64,000 nt of DNA from an uncultured virus (IMG/VR IMGVR_UViG_3300015607_002134) (IMGVR_UViG_3300015607_002134:1-64000), one strand, 5' to 3'; counted from the stretch's first letter, positions 50,934 through 60,655 are shown. Translations and numbers: made by a program. The notes: generated by a model not told the origin, from the letters alone.

Positions 50934-52631
50934 ATGTCACACATTAGAATAGACAAACAAAAAGCAGTTAAGAAGTGGGCACCTGTTCTTGAGAACATGG
51001 GTATCACTGGCGACAGAGTTGATTGGATGGCTGAGTACGCTGAGTTTCACCAAATCAATGAGAACGCTTATGTAAACGCTTCTAACGTAGCAGGTATGGG
51101 TTCAGTAGTTGCTGCTCAACCTTCTTCATTAGCTGGTAATACAATCACATCATTTGCAGGCCAAGTTGGTTCTGGTGATGTTGGTCAAAACCTTTTACCA
51201 GTAGCTATGAAAATCGCGGCTCAAACAATCGGTCTTGATTTAGTAGCAGTAAAACCATCTCCAGGTCCAAAAATCGATTTATTGTACATCGACTTCCAGT
51301 ATGATGATACACAAATGGGTGACCAAGATGAGAGACCACAAGTTTTCAAATTAAACGTTACTGAGTTATCAACAGTTCAAACAGCTTTAAGAGCTTTCAT
51401 GACTGCTAACTCTATCAACGAGACAACTGGTGGTATGAACGGAAGAATTTGGGTAAGACTTAACGCTAACTCAGCAGTACCTTCTTTCACTACAACTGAC
51501 CAATCTGCTAACTCTAAATATGGTACAGCTGAATTCTTAGGATTCTCTCGTATCGATGGTTATCCAATGTTCAGAGCTTACAGACAGTTTAACACTGCTC
51601 ACACAGCTGTTAGTTCAGCAAGTACTCTTTGGTCATTCGATCAAACTAGAAACACATTTAACCCAACTCAATCAATGGTTGCTCAAATCACTGCTATTGG
51701 TACTTACTCAGTAACAGGAGTTGACGTTCAATTAGTATCAGCACTTGAAGATCATATCCCTGGTTTCTCTGCAAACTGGAATGGTTCATCTTCTGCAGCT
51801 TTCGCTGGTAACTATCCAATGGACAGAGCAATGGACGATAAGACTTACGCTGGTGTTATCGGTCCTAAGATTTCTTCTAAAACAATCGCAGTTGGTACTA
51901 TCGAAGTAACTTCAGCATTGAGAAGAACTGAAATCGAAGATATTAAAGCTAACACAGGTATGGATATCGTTCAAAAGATGGAATCTATCCTTGTTAACGA
52001 ATTATCTCAAACAATATCTAAGCAAATCGTTGCTAAGATATTCGAAATGGGTGATCTTAACAGAACATCTGCTCCTTTATTCGGAGGTACTCCAACTATC
52101 ACTGGTCAAACTATATTTGACTTAGATACTGACTACGTTGGTACAGGTGGTCCTGGTGGAGAAACAACACACGCTATTCAACGTAAGTTAATTACTAAGA
52201 TAGCACACGCTTCTAACTTCATTGCAACAGAAGGTCGTGTTGGTCCAGCTCAGTACTTAATCACTAATGGAGGTCTTGCAGCAGCTTTACAAGATATCGC
52301 TGGTTATACAATTAACCCAGTTAAATCTAAGATGAACTCTCAAGGTCAATTATACCCAGTAGGTACAATTGGAGATATTTCAATATATGTTGACCCATAT
52401 ATGAAGTATAACGATAACAGAATCGTTCTTGGTAGAAAGAACAATCCTGACCAACCAGGTATCATCTTCGTTCCATACTTAATGGCACAATCAATATCTA
52501 TCATCTCTGAAGCTACATTCGCTCCGCGTATGTTACTAAGAAGTAGATATGCAGTTGCTGAAGTAGGTTGGTTCCCACAAAAGCAGTTCATGACTATCAA
52601 AGTTAAGGATACTAAACAATTCTTAAACTAA
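50934..52631 (+). CDS. Major capsid protein (T4 gp23-like)
   Basis: KKWAPVLE, IGLDLVAVKP, LVNELSQTISKQI, IYVDPY, FVPY, TFAPR...SRY; terminator 52652-52679. Confidence 0.95.
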   Translation: MSHIRIDKQKAVKKWAPVLENMGITGDRVDWMAEYAEFHQINENAYVNASNVAGMGSVVAAQPSSLAGNTITSFAGQVGSGDVGQNLLPVAMKIAAQTIGLDLVAVKPSPGPKIDLLYIDFQYDDTQMGDQDERPQVFKLNVTELSTVQTALRAFMTANSINETTGGMNGRIWVRLNANSAVPSFTTTDQSANSKYGTAEFLGFSRIDGYPMFRAYRQFNTAHTAVSSASTLWSFDQTRNTFNPTQSMVAQITAIGTYSVTGVDVQLVSALEDHIPGFSANWNGSSSAAFAGNYPMDRAMDDKTYAGVIGPKISSKTIAVGTIEVTSALRRTEIEDIKANTGMDIVQKMESILVNELSQTISKQIVAKIFEMGDLNRTSAPLFGGTPTITGQTIFDLDTDYVGTGGPGGETTHAIQRKLITKIAHASNFIATEGRVGPAQYLITNGGLAAALQDIAGYTINPVKSKMNSQGQLYPVGTIGDISIYVDPYMKYNDNRIVLGRKNNPDQPGIIFVPYLMAQSISIISEATFAPRMLLRSRYAVAEVGWFPQKQFMTIKVKDTKQFLN

Positions 52632-52713
52632 GAAGTCTCACTGAGATATCGAAAAAAGTCCCTTCATTGGGACTTTTTTCATTTTAAATAGTTTGTAAAT
52701 TAATATATACACT

Positions 52714-53403
52714 ATGGAAGCAAAGAAGTATATACTTGCTGTTGATTACCCAAGTAATGGTAATATTAAACTTTGGTACTATGATACTATTGGTGAAATA
52801 TTAGATGAGATAAAATGCTGGATATTAGATGATGATGAGGATCATGATTTGTTAAGTGTTAGTGATGAATATGTTGAAGATAGATTATCCGAAATGGAAA
52901 TTACATTTTCTATCTATAAGTATGGTGAGGAAGATCCTATTTCTGAATTATATTCAAATCCAGATGATAAATTTAGTGATTGGTTGGATGAGATGACATC
53001 TATTGTAGAAAATAATGTTATTAAATATGACCAGTTTATTACTGAAGGTAAAAAAGATAAATTCCCTAATATTAAAAAGGTTGTGATTGATGACTTTGTT
53101 GTCTATGTAGGTAGAGATTCATTATCAAACGACCATTTAACATTTAATATGTCACATCCAGAAGATATATGGATGCATGCGAAAGGTGTTCCAGGTAGTC
53201 ATGTTGTTATAAGAGTTAGAGAGAATTTACCTACGAAAGAGGTTATAAGAAAGGCAGCAGAGTTAGCTGTTAAGAATAGTAAGGCAAAAGATGATAAAAC
53301 CACAGTAGTTTATTGTCAAAGAAAATTTGTAAAGAAAGAAAAAGATATGAAACCAGGACAAGTTAAGGTTGATTATGTCAATTCTGAGGAAATTACTATT
53401 TAA
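52714..53403 (+). CDS. NFACT RNA-binding domain protein (RqcH C-terminal-like) with acidic N-terminus
   Basis: YVGRDSLSNDHLTF...DIWMHAKGVPGSHVVI...KPGQV. Confidence 0.85.
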   Translation: MEAKKYILAVDYPSNGNIKLWYYDTIGEILDEIKCWILDDDEDHDLLSVSDEYVEDRLSEMEITFSIYKYGEEDPISELYSNPDDKFSDWLDEMTSIVENNVIKYDQFITEGKKDKFPNIKKVVIDDFVVYVGRDSLSNDHLTFNMSHPEDIWMHAKGVPGSHVVIRVRENLPTKEVIRKAAELAVKNSKAKDDKTTVVYCQRKFVKKEKDMKPGQVKVDYVNSEEITI

Positions 53404-53441
53404 AATTAATATATACATAAGTAAAATAAATTTATTTATTA

Positions 53442-54800
53442 ATGGCAGAGAAAGAAAAGGGTACACCAAGACTAAAGTTCACACAAGAACTTATTGATAT
53501 ACTTAAGCAAATTGAAGGAGAGAATGATTATTTAGCCTTTGAATTGTTGGGTATGGAGGAAGAAGATGCTAGATACCACAATGGTTTAGGTATAACACTT
53601 GTTGGGACATCCAAACAAGATTGGTGTTTCGATGTTGTTATAAAGAACAAAATACATCCTATGAAAATAGGAAAGTTTGTTAGATACTTTATCGGTAACA
53701 AAGGAATTGTTGATGATAAAGAGATATACAAATTTGCAGACTTATATAATAAGATTAAAAATGGAGAGCCTGAAAAGCACGAATATGAACCTATAAAAGT
53801 TCCTCCTTTTTCTTATAATCCAAAGGATGTTAGAGCTACATTCCTTTCAATGGTTACTAAAACGTATCCACATGGACACGAAGAAGAAGTTCTTCAGTTT
53901 TTACCAGAATTACAGAAAGATTCTGTTGGTAATTATTACCTAATAGTTGGTAAATCAGAAACAATGTTCACTAGTCACTTAGATACTGCTGATAGAAAAC
54001 AAGAAGATACCGTTTTATATGACGCAGAAGAAAAGGGAGAGTCTTATATTATAACTGATGGTAATACTATATTGGGTGCGGATGATAAGTCCGGAGTTAC
54101 TGTTATGTTGTATATGATTGCTCACAATATTCCTGGATTGTATTATTTCTTCGTTGGTGAAGAGAGAGGTGGTATTGGTTCTGGTAAGTTAGCCGCTATA
54201 TTTGATACTGTACCTTATCTAAAGAGTATTAAGAGATGTATATCATTCGATAGAAGAAGTTATCACTCTGTCATTACTGAGCAATTAGGTAGAAAGTGTT
54301 GTTCAAATGAGTTTGGTACAGCTTTATGTAAGGAATTTAATAAGAGTGGATTGGTTAAATTATCACTAGATCCAACGGGTATTTATACTGACTCTGCATC
54401 ATTTATTGATGATATTCCGGAATGTACTAATATTTCAGTTGGATATATGCATGAACATACTGGTGATGAATATCAAAATATAACATTCTTAGAAAATTTA
54501 TGTAAAGCATCTTTATCAGTTAATTGGGAATCATTACCTACTGTTAGAAAAGTTGGAATTGACCAAGAAATAGTTAAGAAATATAGAAATTTCCTTAATG
54601 AAGTTAAGGCGTCTGCTTTTGCATTGGATATGAAACTGTATGGATATGAAGGTGAAGTATTTTTAAGAGTTGATTTAGATGAAACTGACATTGATCTTAT
54701 ACACAATGATTTAGTTTCATTGAGTGTTTTATTAAAGAAATATAAGATGGATCCTAATATAAGGTTCAGTGGAACCTATTTAAAAATAGAACTAAAGTAA
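53442..54800 (+). CDS. M20/M28-family Zn peptidase
   Basis: SHLDT, LGADDKSG, GEERG, FDRR, NISVGY.HEH. Confidence 0.85.
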   Translation: MAEKEKGTPRLKFTQELIDILKQIEGENDYLAFELLGMEEEDARYHNGLGITLVGTSKQDWCFDVVIKNKIHPMKIGKFVRYFIGNKGIVDDKEIYKFADLYNKIKNGEPEKHEYEPIKVPPFSYNPKDVRATFLSMVTKTYPHGHEEEVLQFLPELQKDSVGNYYLIVGKSETMFTSHLDTADRKQEDTVLYDAEEKGESYIITDGNTILGADDKSGVTVMLYMIAHNIPGLYYFFVGEERGGIGSGKLAAIFDTVPYLKSIKRCISFDRRSYHSVITEQLGRKCCSNEFGTALCKEFNKSGLVKLSLDPTGIYTDSASFIDDIPECTNISVGYMHEHTGDEYQNITFLENLCKASLSVNWESLPTVRKVGIDQEIVKKYRNFLNEVKASAFALDMKLYGYEGEVFLRVDLDETDIDLIHNDLVSLSVLLKKYKMDPNIRFSGTYLKIELK

Positions 54801-54801
54801 T

Positions 54802-55359
54802 ATGAAGTTAAAGAATTATAAAGAGCTATTTGAAGAAGTAGATCCTAAAGACTGGGGAGAAGATGATGATGATCTTTATGGAAGACCACATTATGGAAGT
54901 AAGAATGATGACTATGAAGAGTTAAAGAAGAAATTCAAAGAGCAAATGGGTGAATCATTTGATGACGATGATGATAATGAAGATACTTCTGCATCAGATG
55001 AAATGGATAACTTATTATATTTACTTAGAACTCTATTTAAGAATGGTGGTGTAGAAGCTGAATTTGAAAGTAAAGGATTAGATATAATGGTTTATGTTGT
55101 TCTTAATAAGAGAGAGAAAATGTCCTCTATACTTAAAGTATTCGATTTAGTTAAGAAACTAAAGAGAGATATATTACCTCAATATGATTCAGAATTTGAA
55201 ATGTGGGAAACTAAATCAGGACTACCAATGTTAACATTTAACTTTGAATATGAAGGTTCTGATGGTGATCCTAACCACGATGGTACTAAGCCATTTGATG
55301 ACCACGAAGGTTCAATTGACTTCGATGAAGATATTGATGATGAAGATCCATTTGTATAA
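54802..55359 (+). CDS. Acidic protein with MKLKNYKELFEE start
   Basis: Begins 1 nt after the peptidase stop. Confidence 0.6.
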   Translation: MKLKNYKELFEEVDPKDWGEDDDDLYGRPHYGSKNDDYEELKKKFKEQMGESFDDDDDNEDTSASDEMDNLLYLLRTLFKNGGVEAEFESKGLDIMVYVVLNKREKMSSILKVFDLVKKLKRDILPQYDSEFEMWETKSGLPMLTFNFEYEGSDGDPNHDGTKPFDDHEGSIDFDEDIDDEDPFV

Positions 55360-55410
55360 AATGGAAAAAAGTCTGTTTTTTCTTGAAATATATAATATTC
55401 ACAAAACCAT

Positions 55411-55441
55411 TTTGTATTTTTAAAATATAAATGTATATTTG
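55411..55441 (+). promoter_or_regulatory. Bacteroidota-type promoter of the tmRNA
   Basis: TTTG-N19-TATATTTG. Confidence 0.7.
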
Positions 55442-55462
55442 TGATATAATTACAAAACACTT

Positions 55463-55843
55463 GGGGATGTCATAGAATTGATTCGCAGAGTAAAGGTAGT
55501 TATGCAGGTATCGGGTGGTAAGATGTCCGATTAATAAATTATCAGACAAAATTGTAAACGGAAACGTAACAGAAGTAGGAACTCGTGAAGATTTAGTAGC
55601 GGCACTACAAAACAACATGCTCTTGGTAGAAGAGCCAGCAACTGTCTAACAGCGGTTACTGACAAAAAAATTCTCCACTGATTCACAACAGACCAAAAGG
55701 TGAGATTTTTTGTTGTTACTCGTTTGAGTCTTTCAAAATCAAGTAACTATTTTGTGAGTTTAGAAAAATTTAACAAGCCTGTGAATGAATAAATGCAATT
55801 AACTGAGGAAGACACGTTGGGCAGTGCAACGTCATCTCCACAA
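55463..55843 (+). ncRNA. ssrA: tmRNA
   Basis: Acceptor GGGGATG/CATCTCC-A with G3:U70; about 380 nt; internal reading frame 55560-55649 GNVTEVGTREDLVAALQNNMLLVEEPATV; terminator-like hairpin 55851-55896. Confidence 0.85.
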
Positions 55844-55964
55844 AGAAATTATCCACTCCGCTTCCAGTAGAACAGCGCGCTCAGAGTGGATTTTTTATTA
55901 TATTTAATTATGAAAAAAAGAAGAGACAGATCAGATATGTAAGTACAAAAAATAACTTACGTAT

Positions 55965-56285
55965 ATGTCAAAACATACAAACAAACATTGGTTAAGAGAG
56001 AAAGAATTTATCTCTCTTAAAAGAGAATTGGATGAACTTTGGGACACTATTCCTGTCGTTAGATGGAGAAGAATTCCACACACAAGAGTTCATGAGATAA
56101 ACGCTAGATTGCGTCATAAATTCTATAATGAATATCATGGTTGGTGTCATACTGCCCCAAAACATTATAGAAAAACATTAAATAGAATACAAAGAGCTAA
56201 GTCTAAACAAGTTCTTTATAAAGTCCTAAATGGTAAAGAAGTTTCTTTCGAGGATTGTTATAAAGGATGTAACTGGTATTGGTAA
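55965..56285 (+). CDS. Small basic hypothetical protein
   Basis: Arg/Lys/His-rich ORF ending WYW. Confidence 0.6.
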   Translation: MSKHTNKHWLREKEFISLKRELDELWDTIPVVRWRRIPHTRVHEINARLRHKFYNEYHGWCHTAPKHYRKTLNRIQRAKSKQVLYKVLNGKEVSFEDCYKGCNWYW

Positions 56286-56566
56286 TGAAATTAATAATTA
56301 TAAATAGTGGCAATAGAATTTCTATTGACTTTGATTCAAAGGTTAAGATTAACTCTGGTACCTTACACTCTCTTAAAGAACTAGTAACTCTCAAAGATAT
56401 TGAGAAAGAAGTTCGAGAGTATCTTGGAGTTGAAAATTGGAGAACTAGAGTTATGCCTGGTTTCGATTCAACAACTATACATACTGGTAGTGACGAGGAA
56501 TATAATCGTATTAAAACTATTGTTAGAAGGGATAATATAATTGAAAAACTATTAGAAAATGATTGA
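56279..56566 (+). CDS. Hypothetical protein with C-terminal RDNIIEKLL motif
   Basis: Overlapping operon arrangement. Confidence 0.55.
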   Translation: MVMKLIIINSGNRISIDFDSKVKINSGTLHSLKELVTLKDIEKEVREYLGVENWRTRVMPGFDSTTIHTGSDEEYNRIKTIVRRDNIIEKLLEND

Positions 56567-57035
56567 TAAATTTGAGGGAGAAAATAGATTTTTATCTAAT
56601 TTTTACCCATCTGAAATAACACACGAAGGTATTGTTTATCCAACAAATGAACACTACTATGTTGCCATGAAAATTAATGAACCACAGTATATTACAATAG
56701 ATGGTGAATTGAAAAATCTAGATATAAAAAGATCTAGAGTTTATGTCTCAAAAATTAAAACCGCAGGTGATGTTAAGAGACTTGGTAGAAAGTTAAAGGT
56801 CAGAGATGATTGGGATGATGTTAAATTATCCGTTATGGAATATGGGGTTAGACAAAAGTTTAACAAACATGAGGATCTTAAAAATATGTTACTCGATACG
56901 GGTGATGAAGAGTTAATTGAAGGTAACTGGTGGGGTGACACTTACTGGGGAGTATGTAATGGTAAGGGGGAAAATCACCTAGGTAAAATACTAATGAGAG
57001 TTAGAGAAGAGATTAGATGTCCAACCTCTGTGTGA
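56559..57035 (+). CDS. NADAR (YbiA-like) family protein
   Basis: FLSNFY, EHYY.A.K, KF...LL.TG...LIEGNWWGDTYWG...GENHLGKILM.VR. Confidence 0.9.
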   Translation: MIDKFEGENRFLSNFYPSEITHEGIVYPTNEHYYVAMKINEPQYITIDGELKNLDIKRSRVYVSKIKTAGDVKRLGRKLKVRDDWDDVKLSVMEYGVRQKFNKHEDLKNMLLDTGDEELIEGNWWGDTYWGVCNGKGENHLGKILMRVREEIRCPTSV

Positions 57036-57157
57036 TTTTCTTTTACCACTAGCTACCAGGCATAGTTTTGAGTTACAAATTTATTATCTTTGTATAGAAA
57101 TGGACGACAATAAACTTAGTCATATATTAGTTATATAACCAATAAAATATTTTTTAA

Positions 57158-58138
57158 ATGAGTATAATTTCCTATTTTGGTGGTAAGTCAAGTAATGTGT
57201 TTATGAATTTTATAAACACTCGAATACCAAAAGATGGTAGTATTAAAACCTATGTTGAACCATTTAGTGGAGCAATGGGTACATTCATGGATGATGATTC
57301 ATTGAAATTTGATACTGTCATTTATAATGATAAGAACAGACACCAAGTTAATCTATTTAAGTGTTGTTCAGAACCCGATAAGTTTATTCCCTATCTTGAA
57401 AATATAAAAAACGGTCTACTAAAGACATCTGAGACTGATCCACTTAAGAAGTGGGATTTCTATAAATCTATTTATAAAGATTATACTAAAAATGATTTTT
57501 TAGATAATAATAATTTCCAAATTGGTGATTTTGAAAAGGCTGCAATTTATGCTTTCCTTATTACATCTTCACATAATTCTGTTTATCCGAGAGGGGCAGG
57601 ATTTAATGGATATAAAAAGGATAGAGATAAGTTAAAGTTGGAAGTACTTATTAATAAACTTAAAAAGAACACCTATACACAAAAGCTAAAATCTATTACA
57701 GAGTTCTCAAATATTGATTTTGAGGAACTAATTAAAAAGTATGACTCTGAAGATACATTTATGTATCTTGATCCTCCTTATGCTAGATTTAATGAAGATA
57801 AGGGAGATGATGATGCGAAGCGTTTATTTTGGTATGGTGCTGACTCTGATGGAGTTTTTGGTCCATCTTCACATAGAAGATTAATAGAATTATTGAAGAA
57901 TACTAAGTGCAGATGGTCTCTATCATACTACTATTTCCCATTATTGGATGAATTACTTCCTCGTGGTGAATATTACTGGGAACAGAAAGAAGTATTTAGA
58001 AGTTCTGCTCAAGGTGGTAATAATCACCAATTAAAGGGTAAACAAGAAAAGGGTGTCGAACTTTTGATAATGAACTACGATCCATCTACTGGTAAGAAAA
58101 CAAATTTAGCGCATGTGGATAGACGAGTTGAAATCTAG
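57158..58138 (+). CDS. Dam-family DNA adenine methyltransferase
   Basis: YFGGKS, YVEPFSG, IYND, YLDPPY, ELLIMNY. Confidence 0.9.
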   Translation: MSIISYFGGKSSNVFMNFINTRIPKDGSIKTYVEPFSGAMGTFMDDDSLKFDTVIYNDKNRHQVNLFKCCSEPDKFIPYLENIKNGLLKTSETDPLKKWDFYKSIYKDYTKNDFLDNNNFQIGDFEKAAIYAFLITSSHNSVYPRGAGFNGYKKDRDKLKLEVLINKLKKNTYTQKLKSITEFSNIDFEELIKKYDSEDTFMYLDPPYARFNEDKGDDDAKRLFWYGADSDGVFGPSSHRRLIELLKNTKCRWSLSYYYFPLLDELLPRGEYYWEQKEVFRSSAQGGNNHQLKGKQEKGVELLIMNYDPSTGKKTNLAHVDRRVEI

Positions 58139-58835
58139 TGATTTAGTCAATGTAATGCCTTACATGACTTTGAATAAGAATCTTAATAACTTTATTAAGA
58201 TTCAATTTAGTATGGCTTACCATGAACCGGATGAACTATTGAATAGAGATAAATTGATACATCTCGTTTCAAATGAGTTTAATATGGCAATATCGAATAA
58301 AATAATGAAAGAGTTTAATTCAGTAAATGTCTTTGATTATATCGATAAAAGTGGTATTGGTGATATTCAAGTTTTACCATTAAATGATGTTATTAAAATA
58401 GCTGAGGAGTTTTACCATAAGACAGATTCTTATAAGTATCTAATCACCAATGGTAATTTGGGTAGCTTTCTACAAGATTCTTCAAGATTTACCATTACAC
58501 CAGTCACTAATAGTATATCAAATTGGTCATCACTTACATATAATATTGGTAAGTTTGGAGATTTGGATGTTTGGATTGATCCAGTTCTTGAATGGAAAGA
58601 TACAACAGGCTATCTTTTCGATGGAATCAACATTAACATTGGTGATTTCACAGCAACGATCAGTAATCAAGCAACATTTACACCAAGATTGATATTTGAC
58701 TTAGAGATTGATTTTAGGATTATTAATCCTAAATTATTTTTTGTAGTAACTGATAAGACATCAAAGTCATATTCAAGATACAAATCTCTACTAAGAGATA
58801 TTAAAATTAATGATGTTTTAGATGAAGAAAATTAG
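58113..58835 (+). CDS. Truncated paralog of the major capsid protein
   Basis: YLITNG.L...LQD, IGKFGDLDVWIDP and ATFTPR are colinear with the MCP. Confidence 0.75.
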   Translation: MWIDELKSSDLVNVMPYMTLNKNLNNFIKIQFSMAYHEPDELLNRDKLIHLVSNEFNMAISNKIMKEFNSVNVFDYIDKSGIGDIQVLPLNDVIKIAEEFYHKTDSYKYLITNGNLGSFLQDSSRFTITPVTNSISNWSSLTYNIGKFGDLDVWIDPVLEWKDTTGYLFDGININIGDFTATISNQATFTPRLIFDLEIDFRIINPKLFFVVTDKTSKSYSRYKSLLRDIKINDVLDEEN

Positions 58836-59079
58836 AAATTCATATTTAAGAATAAAACAGAGTGGTGATAATGACCCGAATTCCGGAGTATTTGACCCAG
58901 ATGTATCTGCTGATATTGATGGTAATGTGAGGGTTGATGGATTGGTATTGGTTGATCGTAAAACTGGAAAAGATTGGCAAATCTCTATATATGATGGTGA
59001 AATAATGATAGAACCACTTGAGAAAGAGGAGAGAAGAGATTATAGAATTAAAAAGATAATAACAGATGGAAGTAAGTAA
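58822..59079 (+). CDS. Small hypothetical protein with C-terminal RDYRIKKII motif
   Basis: Operon overlap. Confidence 0.55.
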   Translation: MKKIRNSYLRIKQSGDNDPNSGVFDPDVSADIDGNVRVDGLVLVDRKTGKDWQISIYDGEIMIEPLEKEERRDYRIKKIITDGSK

Positions 59080-59449
59080 GCATTTGGATAAAATTAAATC
59101 AATGGGATTTGATATATCAATTGATTGGAATAGTGAAATTAATATTTGGTATAATGCTAATGATATTTACCCAGCTACTGCTTATTCTGCTGAGATATTA
59201 CATTGTGCATTCTATCAGAGTAAAACATCGGGATATTCATTTGAACAAGTTATAGAGTCTTGTTGCGATGCTTTCTATGCTTGGTATAATAAAAATGTTG
59301 ATACTATTAAGTATTTTGATAAAAACTATAATGCAGATGCACTTGAAAAGTTAGAAAGTTGTACACTTGGTGATATTACTAAACAAATTGCAAGAGATTT
59401 GAATCTTGTTGATGTGTTGGAAGTATTTGCTAAATACGATAGAGATTAA
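59066..59449 (+). CDS. Hypothetical protein
   Basis: Operon overlap. Confidence 0.55.
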   Translation: MEVSKHLDKIKSMGFDISIDWNSEINIWYNANDIYPATAYSAEILHCAFYQSKTSGYSFEQVIESCCDAFYAWYNKNVDTIKYFDKNYNADALEKLESCTLGDITKQIARDLNLVDVLEVFAKYDRD

Positions 59450-59928
59450 TGTTCTCCACTTCTTGTTACATTTATATCTTGTGTTATATCCTCTACTGAC
59501 CAGTATCCTGTTTCAGATTTAACTTTTTTAGATGTTTTCTCTAAGACATTTTCAATTTCCTCTTCTAAGATTTGCATATCATATGTGAATTGATTTGCAA
59601 TTTCTTCAGCGATGAATCTTAATTCATCTAACTTTTCTGCCTCGTCTGTGATAGCTCTTGATTCTTGAATTCTTGATTGAAGCCAACTTGTATGTTCATG
59701 TTCATTTGATTCTTTGATACTATCAATTGCATCGATCTTATCATCAATCATATCACGACTAATATCTGTCCATTTACGAGTGTTTTTATCGAATTTAGAC
59801 TTCATGACATTTGGTAAGTTACCTACTTTATTCTCATTATCAGAATAACCCCTTCTATCTTTTTGTAATTCCTTCTTCTCTATATCTTTTGAGAAGTCGT
59901 CAAATGTTTTTACTTTCTTACCTGCCAT
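59446..59928 (-). CDS. Hypothetical protein (KKVKTFDDF start)
   Basis: Late motif at 59951-59959. Confidence 0.55.
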   Translation of the reverse strand: MAGKKVKTFDDFSKDIEKKELQKDRRGYSDNENKVGNLPNVMKSKFDKNTRKWTDISRDMIDDKIDAIDSIKESNEHEHTSWLQSRIQESRAITDEAEKLDELRFIAEEIANQFTYDMQILEEEIENVLEKTSKKVKSETGYWSVEDITQDINVTRSGEH

Positions 59929-59962
59929 AATTTGTAGTAATTTTATAATCTATATATTAAGA

Positions 59963-60655
59963 TTAGGATTTGATTTTTTCATCTAAAATCCTTGCAATGT
60001 TTGATCCTATAAAGAAGTGTATATTTCTTAAAGTATCTGATTCAACAGTTTGAATATCATCCATGAACTTGAATTGGAATTTGTATTTGTCTTGCTCTTC
60101 ATCAGTCTCTCTATCAACCTTTGATACAGATACATCCATTTTATAGTTGTTATTGACATCAACTTCAAAGTCGAATGTGGTTTTATCACAAGGGGTTGTT
60201 TTGAACTTTGGTTCATATTTTACATCAAAGATTGAATAATCAGTAATCTTTTCTCTTCTCATATAATAGTTTAAGAACATAGCGGGTGCCTCGATGAAAT
60301 CACTTAAAATTTGAAGGTCCTCTCCAAAGTTTCTTGATTCTATTATATCTTCAATTTTCTGTTTCATATCAATAATATTATCAAAGTCTATTCTATGGTA
60401 AACACAGTTTATGTCATATAGATATAAGAATGATTCTTCAATTATGTATCTCTTTTCTAAGTCGGATTTGAATATGAACTTAGTATGTATTATAGATGAG
60501 TCTTCAACAGATAATCCATGTATTGAAATAACAAGTTTGTAAAAGTCTTCATCCTCAGATAGCTCATATACTGTTTCTACTGATTTAACGACACCTTCTT
60601 CCTCTTCAAATACTTCCTTAAAAGCTTGCTCTATTTCCGATATTTTTATTTTCAT
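59963..60655 (-). CDS. Hypothetical protein
   Basis: ATGA-coupled to the upstream gene. Confidence 0.6.
   Translation of the reverse strand: MKIKISEIEQAFKEVFEEEEGVVKSVETVYELSEDEDFYKLVISIHGLSVEDSSIIHTKFIFKSDLEKRYIIEESFLYLYDINCVYHRIDFDNIIDMKQKIEDIIESRNFGEDLQILSDFIEAPAMFLNYYMRREKITDYSIFDVKYEPKFKTTPCDKTTFDFEVDVNNNYKMDVSVSKVDRETDEEQDKYKFQFKFMDDIQTVESDTLRNIHFFIGSNIARILDEKIKS

Noticed and set aside
55286..55618. 110-aa minus-strand ORF
   Set aside because: Antisense to the tmRNA and its promoter, with no protein features.
55811..55843. Stand-alone tRNA
   Set aside because: It pairs with 55463-55469 about 370 nt upstream as the tmRNA acceptor end; no cloverleaf seen.
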